Shown: one piece after another, positions 23,616 to 31,053 of the stretch
How positions within the stretch are numbered: the first letter of the stretch is position 1
How the letters are laid out: each line of letters begins with the position of its first letter
Assembly: GCA_947628525.1 (NCBI GenBank)
Contig: CANRAE010000002.1
Location: 1 to 46,103, forward strand
Length of the DNA stretch: 46,103 nucleotides
Source of the DNA: an uncultured Bacilli bacterium
GTDB lineage: Bacteria > Bacillota_I > Bacilli_A > RF39 > UBA660
Direction: 5' to 3'
Notes under the pieces: model-generated
Told to the model about the DNA's origin: nothing
What the model saw: the letters and a program-made list of their open reading frames with translations, nothing else
The model's database searches: none
Position numbers and translations under genes: made by a program

Positions 23616-24512
23616 ATGATTAATATAATTCCAGATCAAATCATTAGTAAATTTGCTGATTTTTTAAAATATGAAAAAAATTATTCTAGTGATACTATTA
23701 AAAGTTACTATACCGATATTCAAATTTATTTTAACTACTTAGAGACATATCATAAAAATTATTTAAAGATAAAATATGAAGATATTAAAAATTTTTTAAT
23801 ATATTTAAATAACGAAAAAAATAGTAATGCTACTGTAGCTAGAAAAATAAGTGCTCTTAGAACTTTTTATCGTTATTTAATGAATGAAAAAATGATTGAT
23901 CATAATCCTTTTTTAAGTGTAAAGTTACCCAAAAAAGATAAAAAATTACCACGTTTTTTTCAATATAATGAACTAGAAGAGATGTTTAATGTGCCTGATT
24001 TAACTAAATCACTAGGACAAAGAGATCGTTTAATCTTAGAAATGTTGTATGCTACTGGGATCCGTGTTTCTGAATTAGTTAATATTAAATGTAGTGATAT
24101 TTCTAATCATGAAATTTTAATATTAGGTAAAGGTAATAAAGAACGCATTGTTCGTTTTGGAGATTATGCTAACGAAACATTAAACCTTTATCTAAAAGAT
24201 GGTTATCTTAAACTAAATAAGCATAATTTACCATATTTATTTTTAAATAAAAATTATACTCAACTTACCGATCGTGGCGTTAGAAAAATTTTAAATAATA
24301 TTATTGATAAAACAGCTATAAATAAAAAAATATCTCCTCATATGATAAGACATTCCTTTGCTACTCATCTGTTAAATGAAGGTTGTGATTTACTAAGTGT
24401 CCAACAATTATTAGGGCATGATAGTTTATCGGCAACCTCTATATACACCCATGTTACTACTGATCATATGAAAGAAATATATTTTAAAACTCATCCTCGT
24501 GCTAAAAAATAA
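23616..24512 (+). CDS. Tyrosine recombinase, XerC/XerD type
   Basis: N-terminal SAM-like core-binding domain (F..YL..E.N.S..TI.SY..DI). Catalytic residues are R in ATGIRVSEL, HxxR in HMIRHSFATHLL, and H/Y in LLGHDSLSATSIYTHV. Start at ATG 23616 (RBS GGAAAGGA) or 23601. Confidence 0.85.
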   Translation: MINIIPDQIISKFADFLKYEKNYSSDTIKSYYTDIQIYFNYLETYHKNYLKIKYEDIKNFLIYLNNEKNSNATVARKISALRTFYRYLMNEKMIDHNPFLSVKLPKKDKKLPRFFQYNELEEMFNVPDLTKSLGQRDRLILEMLYATGIRVSELVNIKCSDISNHEILILGKGNKERIVRFGDYANETLNLYLKDGYLKLNKHNLPYLFLNKNYTQLTDRGVRKILNNIIDKTAINKKISPHMIRHSFATHLLNEGCDLLSVQQLLGHDSLSATSIYTHVTTDHMKEIYFKTHPRAKK

Positions 24513-24517
24513 TGATG

Positions 24518-25051
24518 TTATCTTTTATAAATAAATTCTAAAATTTTAGCTATTCCGATAAAAAGCATAATTATTAAGGCCAAAGTATAAAAAGTATTAA
24601 TAATCTGCTTAGAAAATAAAATACAAATAATACCTATTAAAAAAGGAAAAAAAGAGAAGGCATTAGCACTTGTTAAGATGATATTATTGATGCTATTTAA
24701 GATATAAACAATTCCCAATATTATAATAATATAGTTTAAAGACTCTAAGGGAAAAAAGATTATATATAAAGCACCAACTATTAAAATGATAACTTGAATT
24801 ATGAATATAATGAAATTTTTTAAATCGGTTTTCCTAATTAATTTAGCTATTTTAAATATTTTGATCGCATTTATTAAAAGGATAATAGGGATCGTATAGG
24901 TAAATAGTTTAAGAAGCCAAGTTGATCCAAAAAATAAACCAGATATAGCTATAATTATTAAAATAATCCCAATCATTAAATCAAAAAGTTTTTGGGTTTT
25001 ATTTTTTTTAAAATTCATATTAGTGTAGATAATTGTTTTAATTTTAATCAC
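24518..25051 (-). CDS. Small polytopic membrane protein (HdeD/DUF308-like)
   Basis: About 6 TM helices with short loops; the repeat-like pairs of helices are typical of DUF308. The start may be ATG 25018. Confidence 0.55.
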   Translation of the reverse strand: MIKIKTIIYTNMNFKKNKTQKLFDLMIGIILIIIAISGLFFGSTWLLKLFTYTIPIILLINAIKIFKIAKLIRKTDLKNFIIFIIQVIILIVGALYIIFFPLESLNYIIIILGIVYILNSINNIILTSANAFSFFPFLIGIICILFSKQIINTFYTLALIIMLFIGIAKILEFIYKR

Positions 25052-25186
25052 CTCATTTTATCGATATAATAACATTATATCACTTTTATGTAAAATAGCG
25101 ATCTTATTTTTATGTGATAATTGTATATTATGATAATATATGCTATAATTAGGTAGATAAATAATATATTATAAGGTGGTGTAAAT

Positions 25187-28100
25187 ATGGCTTCTTTGTT
25201 TAGTAAAGAGAGTTCGACGGAATTAAAAAAATATGAACGAATTATTACTGAAATGGAAAAATATGGATATTCTGGACGACGTCATCCTGTTAGTTCGGTA
25301 ATTAATAGTAGTGTTATTAATGAAAATACTGATTTACATGCCGAAACAATGAAGTTAAAAAAATATGTTGCAGGTAATCCTAGTAAACTTGAAAATATTT
25401 TACCACGTGCATGTGCCGTTATTTGCGAAGCGGCAAGAAGGCATGGGAAGCGACCTTATCCTGTACAAATATTAGGGGCGCTAGCTCTACATTATGGTAA
25501 TATTGCAGAAATGAAAACCGGTGAAGGTAAAACCATTACCGCAGTTGTTGCTGCTTATATAAATGCTTTAACCGGTAAAGGAGTACATATTACGACATCA
25601 AATGATTATCTGGCCAAAGAAGCTGGTTATAAAAAAATGGGACCTATATTTGAAGAAGCAGGACTTACAGTAGGTGTTGTTACTAATAGTAATGATCGCT
25701 CTAAAAATAGTTTAGAACAAAGAAGACGTGCTTATAATTGTGATGTAACTTATGGTTCAAGTGATGCGTTTGCTTTCGATTATTTATTTGATAATATTGC
25801 CAAATCACCTTCAAGAACAGTATTAAGAAAAGATAAGGTTGGTTTTGTCATTATTGATGAAGCTGATCAAATATTAGTTAATAATGCTACTACCCCTTTC
25901 CGCTTATCAGGTGATATTAACGCTCATCTTGCTAATAATAGAACAGAAGTATTAAAAGCTAGTGAACTGATGGCTCAATGGAAAAAACAACAAATGGAAA
26001 ATTTACAAAAAGCTGATGCTTTTGTATATCATTTATTTAGTAATAAAAGTGAATGCTTAGAAATTCCTACTAAAGAAGAATTTGATGAAATTTCGATCCC
26101 CGATAAAAAGTTAAATATAAATCATTCGCTTTATTCAGTTATTTATTCCAAAGCTAATGGTGTTACTTTAACAGAAAAAGGTCTTTTATTAGAATTTTAT
26201 TATTTCAATCGTGATAAAATTAATAATGTAATCAATCAAGAAAAATTAAAACAAGCTATTATAAAAAGCAAATCTTTTCAAGAGGGTAATAATCAAGATT
26301 ATATTATTGATAATCGTGGCAACATAACATTGAATCCACGTGGATTAGAACGAGCAATAAGAATTATTCCTTCAATAAATAAATTAAATCAAGAATTTAT
26401 TGAAGAGGCACAAAAAACAGGCTTTGATCATTATATAAATAATGCTTTAACGGCTTATTTTGTAAGGACAAATCAAAATGATTACACTATTCAAGATCAT
26501 GTTGATGAAAAAGGTAATATTAAGAAAAAAGTATCTTTAATTCAAGATGGTAGAACCCAAGAAGGGCGAGTATACTCCTTAGGATTACAGCAAGCTATTG
26601 AATTAAAGGAGCGAAGATTAAATCCGGGGTTAGCAATCGAATTATCAAAAGATAGTGATGAATTAGCTTCGATTACCCAACGAGCTTTTTATAATACATA
26701 TAGTAAAGTAAGTGGCATGACAGGAACGTCTGCTAGGAAAATATTTGATTCTATTTATGGCATGGAAACACTTGAAATACCAAGAAACAGTACTTATGAG
26801 TTAACACCAAAAGAGCAAGCGATTTTAGCAAGGACTAGAATCGATAAACCAGATGTCGTTTTTGCTACAGAAGAAGAGAAATTCATGGCTGTTATTAAAT
26901 CGATCGAAGATTCATATCATAAAGGACAACCTGTTTTAATTGGTACATTTTCTGACGAAGAATCGTTAAAATTGTATCGTGAAATTCGTAAAAGAGGACT
27001 TCCTTGTGAATTTTTAAATACAGAAAATAGTTATCGTGAAGCTGAAATTATATCCAAAGCTGGTATTAAAGGAGCTATTACTATTTCAACCCAAATGGCC
27101 GGGCGTGGGACAGATATTCAACTAGGTGGAGATCCAGAATTAATTATTAAAGAACAAATGCGAATAAAGGCCGAAAAAATGGCTGCTTTATATCTTAAAG
27201 ATAAAACTTATTCAAAAGAAATAAAAGATAAATATGTTCAAAGCGCTTTATCATATCTAGAAAAAAACAGGGATGATTTTATCAAAAGAGAGGGATTAAC
27301 AAAAGAATATTTTGCTTCTCGAAAAAATGAATTAGTTAAGGTTGGAGGTCTAAAAGTAATTGGTTATGGTCATTATCCAACCAAACGTAATGATGATCAA
27401 TTAAGAGGAAGAGCAGCTCGCCAAAATGATCCAGGAGTAACGGAATTTTATTCAAGCATCAAAGAAGATTTAGAACAAAAATTAAATATTCCTAGCTATA
27501 TAACTTCTAAATTACTAAAAAAAGGACTAAAAAAGGGACATCCTATTTCTGGCGCAGAAATAAGTAAAATAATTGCATCTGGGCAAGAGTTAATCGAAAG
27601 TTCATTTGAAGATATCCTTTATAATACCCAAGAACAAGATTATTTGATTTCTAATTTACGTACTAAAATATATGACCAACGTAAAAGAATTCTTTATGGC
27701 GATGAAAATATAGAAGATCATATGGAATATATAATCGAAAGTTCAGTCGAAAACTTAATTAATCGCCATGTTGCCAAAGATAATTACAATTTATCACCAA
27801 GAAAAAAGATTAAAGAATCTAATTTTAATAAAGGTGATTTCATTAAAGATGTAGGCGATATTTTAGGACTTGATATAAAATATTATTTTGATAATGACCA
27901 ATTTCAAACTTTTGGCGATCTAGAAAACTATTTGAAAAAGGCATCGCTTAACAAATACCATCGACTTAGACGCGAGAATGGAGATATAATTCAAGATACT
28001 AATGATAAATTAGAGGTACTTAGTACATTAGATCGAGCTTGGTCAATGTTTCAAGATCGCATAGAAGATGTAAATATTCAAAAAAATTTATATGCTATGG

Positions 28101-28429
28101 CTCAAAACGAGAAATTTGATGAAAAATATGAAATCAAAAAAACATATAATGCCTCACTTTGTAATTCTAAATTAGAAACAGTTAAAAGAATGTTTGGAAA
28201 ACAACTAACTATTGAACAACGATTAGATCAAGAAAAAGCTAAGAAAACTATGGATAATACTAACAGTTATTATGTTTTTGATAACCAAAAGAAGAAAAAT
28301 AATAAATTGCAAGTGCGTCTAAGCAAAATTGCTGCTGTTTTTTCTAATAGATATAGGTTGGCAAAAGTAAATAAGGAATTAAAAACATGTCTAGAAGAGG
28401 AAACGCTTAAAACTTCACATAAAAAGTAA
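25187..28429 (+). CDS. secA: Divergent SecA-family translocase ATPase (accessory SecA2-like paralogue, 1080 aa)
   Basis: The SecA motifs are present in order but altered: PYPVQILGALALHYGNIAEMKTGEGKT, GKGVHITTSNDYLA, DVTYGSSDAFAFDYLFDNI, IIDEADQILVNNATTPFRLSG, SGMTGTS, GQPVLIGT, ISTQMAGRGTDIQLGG and DDQLRGRAARQNDPG. The near-invariant [13 protein letters not shown] is replaced by HYPTKRNDDQLRGR. The PPXD region is expanded. There is no C-terminal zinc-binding tail. Confidence 0.85.
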   Translation: MASLFSKESSTELKKYERIITEMEKYGYSGRRHPVSSVINSSVINENTDLHAETMKLKKYVAGNPSKLENILPRACAVICEAARRHGKRPYPVQILGALALHYGNIAEMKTGEGKTITAVVAAYINALTGKGVHITTSNDYLAKEAGYKKMGPIFEEAGLTVGVVTNSNDRSKNSLEQRRRAYNCDVTYGSSDAFAFDYLFDNIAKSPSRTVLRKDKVGFVIIDEADQILVNNATTPFRLSGDINAHLANNRTEVLKASELMAQWKKQQMENLQKADAFVYHLFSNKSECLEIPTKEEFDEISIPDKKLNINHSLYSVIYSKANGVTLTEKGLLLEFYYFNRDKINNVINQEKLKQAIIKSKSFQEGNNQDYIIDNRGNITLNPRGLERAIRIIPSINKLNQEFIEEAQKTGFDHYINNALTAYFVRTNQNDYTIQDHVDEKGNIKKKVSLIQDGRTQEGRVYSLGLQQAIELKERRLNPGLAIELSKDSDELASITQRAFYNTYSKVSGMTGTSARKIFDSIYGMETLEIPRNSTYELTPKEQAILARTRIDKPDVVFATEEEKFMAVIKSIEDSYHKGQPVLIGTFSDEESLKLYREIRKRGLPCEFLNTENSYREAEIISKAGIKGAITISTQMAGRGTDIQLGGDPELIIKEQMRIKAEKMAALYLKDKTYSKEIKDKYVQSALSYLEKNRDDFIKREGLTKEYFASRKNELVKVGGLKVIGYGHYPTKRNDDQLRGRAARQNDPGVTEFYSSIKEDLEQKLNIPSYITSKLLKKGLKKGHPISGAEISKIIASGQELIESSFEDILYNTQEQDYLISNLRTKIYDQRKRILYGDENIEDHMEYIIESSVENLINRHVAKDNYNLSPRKKIKESNFNKGDFIKDVGDILGLDIKYYFDNDQFQTFGDLENYLKKASLNKYHRLRRENGDIIQDTNDKLEVLSTLDRAWSMFQDRIEDVNIQKNLYAMAQNEKFDEKYEIKKTYNASLCNSKLETVKRMFGKQLTIEQRLDQEKAKKTMDNTNSYYVFDNQKKKNNKLQVRLSKIAAVFSNRYRLAKVNKELKTCLEEETLKTSHKK

Positions 28430-28539
28430 ATTTTTGTCAAATAATAAAATAATCAACGAATAATTCTTGTAATTTTGACGGTATAGTTTTATGGTTATAA
28501 TGTAATAATTGTTGAGTTACATAAATAAGGAGGATAATA

Positions 28540-29079
28540 ATGAAAAATAAACAAGTAATAATGGTATCTTTGCTGGCTTTTATCGGAATTTTAGCAGTTG
28601 CTTATGCGGCATTTAATACGCAATTGAAAGTTTCTGGTACTATCAATGCATCAGGTACATTTAAAGTAACTTTTACTAATAATACTACTGATGGACAACC
28701 ATCTTGTGTAGGGACAAAAGTAGGGGCAGATACACCTAGTGGTACTGTTGATGTTAAAGATGCCTCATCAACAGCAACTCTTACTGTTAAATTATATACA
28801 CCTGGTGATCAAGTTGTTTGTACTTTACCGGTAAAGAATAGTGGTACTTTAAAAGCTAAATTTGATTCTGTTAGTGTATCTAATAGCTTAACAGCTTCAT
28901 CAAAACCAATTTCAGTAGCAGCAGAATCTCAAACAGCAGCAGCTGGTGTAATTGCAGCCGGAGCTAAATCAAATATTACTGTTACTGTAAAATATAATTA
29001 CGATGGTACAAGCCAACCAACAGAAGTAGATCTTAGTAAGACCTTTACAGTAATAGCTAATTATTCACAAGCAATATAA
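28540..29079 (+). CDS. Secreted TasA/camelysin-like protein with a SipW-type signal peptide (paralog P3)
   Basis: MKNKQVIMVSLLAFIGILAVAYAAFNTQLKVSGTINA; TPGDQVVCTLPVKNSGTLKAKF; C-terminal TFTVIANYSQAI. RBS AAGGAGG. Thr/Ser/Ala-rich with two conserved Cys. Confidence 0.75.
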   Translation: MKNKQVIMVSLLAFIGILAVAYAAFNTQLKVSGTINASGTFKVTFTNNTTDGQPSCVGTKVGADTPSGTVDVKDASSTATLTVKLYTPGDQVVCTLPVKNSGTLKAKFDSVSVSNSLTASSKPISVAAESQTAAAGVIAAGAKSNITVTVKYNYDGTSQPTEVDLSKTFTVIANYSQAI

Positions 29080-29100
29080 TGAAAAGAAAGGGATTTTAAA

Positions 29101-29622
29101 ATGAAAAGAAATAATAATAATATAATAATGATAGCATTAGTTGTAATTGCTCTTGTGATGGGAATTGCTTATGCAGCTTTTGCTACGACTTTAAATATTA
29201 ATGGTACAGCCGAAATTAAATCAACATGGGATATTAGATTTGAGGCAGGTACTTGTACTCCTACTGTAACAAAAGATTCTGGGAAAGCATCTAGTGGTAC
29301 TATTAGTGTACAAGGAACAACGGCCACTGTTACGGCTAGTATGGCTTCTCCTGGTGATAAGCTTAGTTGTACTGTTACCGCTAAAAATTATGGAACATTA
29401 GCAGCTAAAAGAACATCTTGGACTGTTACATCGCCAACGCAATTCTTTAACGTTACAGCAACACCGGCAACTACAGGTACTGTAACACCATTAGCAGCTA
29501 AAGCCGGTGATACCATAGCATCTGAAACTTTAACTATTACGATCGAATATTTATCAACCGTAACTACTCAACCAACACAACAAACTTTTACAGGCGTAGC
29601 TACATATGCCCAAGCATTGTAA
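29101..29622 (+). CDS. Secreted TasA/camelysin-like protein with a SipW-type signal peptide (paralog P4)
   Basis: MKRNNNNIIMIALVVIALVMGIAYAAFATTLNINGTAEI; SPGDKLSCTVTAKNYGTLAAK; C-terminal TFTGVATYAQAL. It lies 21 nt after P3 and has the same Cys pair as P3. Confidence 0.75.
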   Translation: MKRNNNNIIMIALVVIALVMGIAYAAFATTLNINGTAEIKSTWDIRFEAGTCTPTVTKDSGKASSGTISVQGTTATVTASMASPGDKLSCTVTAKNYGTLAAKRTSWTVTSPTQFFNVTATPATTGTVTPLAAKAGDTIASETLTITIEYLSTVTTQPTQQTFTGVATYAQAL

Positions 29623-29645
29623 AATAAAAATACAGTGCTTTTTTT
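29614..29645 (+). terminator. Candidate rho-independent terminator after P4
   Basis: GCATTG (29614-29619) pairs with CAGTGC (29633-29638, one G-U pair) around a 13-nt loop, followed by a T7 run. Confidence 0.5.
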
Positions 29646-29786
29646 ACAAAAAAATAGTCCAAATCAAAAAGATTTTAAAATAAATTAAAATATAGTGCTT
29701 ATAAAATATGACTACTAACTTATTTTGCTTTACTAAACATTTAATAGATGATAGAATTTAATGTGTGTAAAAAGGTTGGTGCGAAT

Positions 29787-30929
29787 ATGAAACAATGTTG
29801 TGCTTGTAATAAGAACTCTTTTTTCCCAGAAATGTTAGGAGATATAGTTCTTTGTAAAAAATGCTTAATAAAAATAGATGGATTGATGTGGAAATATCGT
29901 GATTTTGAAAAAGGCGAGGACTTTGATAAATATAGATATAAAGCTATAACCTTAGCCAATAAAAATCAATTTCCAGCATCGGTTATAGATGGAATAAATG
30001 CTTATTTTGATCAAAAACAATCTAAATTAAAAGAATGTGCAGCATGTGGAAAAAGACGACAAAAAACTACTAATGCTAATAATTTTATCTTTTGTGAAGA
30101 ATGTTTTTCTGATATAGCAGAATGCTGGAAAAGAAAAAAATATTTTAATAGGGAAGAGTTATACAACGAAAGAGATAAAGTCTTAAAAATAGCCAAAGAA
30201 AAAAATTTCCCCAAAGAATTTATTGAACAAATAAGTCCTTATTTTGAAGATAAAGTAGAAAAGAATTGGATTAGTACACTAGATGGTAATAAAGGCCAAA
30301 CTATTGAATTTTATAATGACTATTTGACTATTAAAACAAATAAAAATTTTAATGAAGAAGAAATGCAATCGCAATTTAATAAATTAAATTCTAAAATTAA
30401 TATAAACAGTGAGGACTTAAAATCGTTTAAAACAATTGGAAAAGAAATAGGAAAAGAACTAATTAGTGATGTTATTCCTATACCGCGAGCATTTAAATCT
30501 ATGAAAATTTTAGATATGGCTGGCGATAAAATGATAAAACATTTAGATAATTCTAAAACAGTTTCAATTAAAAACTATGTAAAAGACGGTTTAAGAAAAG
30601 TTTATTATAAAGATTGTTTCAATACTAATCTGCTTTTTCGTAATGAAGAAGGTATAACGGTTGGTGCATTATTAATCATAACTAATAATGCTAATGTGCC
30701 AGATTTATTGTTTTTCTTTGATAAAAGTAAGATTAATAAAATCAAAAAAATCCGAAAAATATTGGAAGAAGAAATGGAGAAAGCTGAAAAAAAAGTTGAT
30801 AATGACAAAAAAGCAACTGGTAATCAACATTTTGCAAAACAAATAAGAGAACTAAAAGGATTACTAGATGATGGAATTATTACCCAAGAAGAATTTGATG
30901 CTAAAAAGAAGCAATTACTAGATTTATAA
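29787..30929 (+). CDS. SHOCT-domain protein with a duplicated N-terminal CxxC zinc-ribbon module
   Basis: The C-terminus IRELKGLLDDGIITQEEFDAKKKQLLDL is a SHOCT signature. Two roughly 80-aa N-terminal repeats each carry CxxC...CxxC (CCACNK...CKKC and CAACGK...CEEC). Start at ATG 29787 (the track start 29748 has no RBS). Confidence 0.7.
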   Translation: MKQCCACNKNSFFPEMLGDIVLCKKCLIKIDGLMWKYRDFEKGEDFDKYRYKAITLANKNQFPASVIDGINAYFDQKQSKLKECAACGKRRQKTTNANNFIFCEECFSDIAECWKRKKYFNREELYNERDKVLKIAKEKNFPKEFIEQISPYFEDKVEKNWISTLDGNKGQTIEFYNDYLTIKTNKNFNEEEMQSQFNKLNSKININSEDLKSFKTIGKEIGKELISDVIPIPRAFKSMKILDMAGDKMIKHLDNSKTVSIKNYVKDGLRKVYYKDCFNTNLLFRNEEGITVGALLIITNNANVPDLLFFFDKSKINKIKKIRKILEEEMEKAEKKVDNDKKATGNQHFAKQIRELKGLLDDGIITQEEFDAKKKQLLDL

Positions 30930-31053
30930 GTAATTGCTTTTTGTATTATAGTTTAAATTTTAGAATAGATTTTATAAAAAAATAGACAAAAATATTTTCC
31001 TTTTTCTACCATTGTGTTATAATTTAGTTACGACTATTTGAAAGGGTGATTAA

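Noticed and set aside
23616-24512. The tyrosine recombinase as a marker of an integrated mobile element or genomic island.
   Set aside because: It has the size and motifs of XerC/XerD, sits in an operon under the lexA-divergent promoter, and I see no flanking direct or inverted repeats, tRNA target or phage genes. A mobile-element call is not supported.
25187-28429. Annotating this gene as the housekeeping secA.
   Set aside because: Too many near-invariant SecA positions are substituted, the C-terminal zinc-binding tail is missing, and prfB does not follow. This cannot be fully excluded without the rest of the genome, so it is reported as a hypothesis.
29627-29700. A 14-nt direct repeat, AAAATACAGTGCTT (29627-29640) and AAAATATAGTGCTT (29687-29700), spaced exactly 60 nt apart downstream of P4.
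   Set aside because: It is short and AT-rich, and the first copy is explained as the 3' arm of the P4 terminator. There is insufficient evidence for a binding site or a repeat element.
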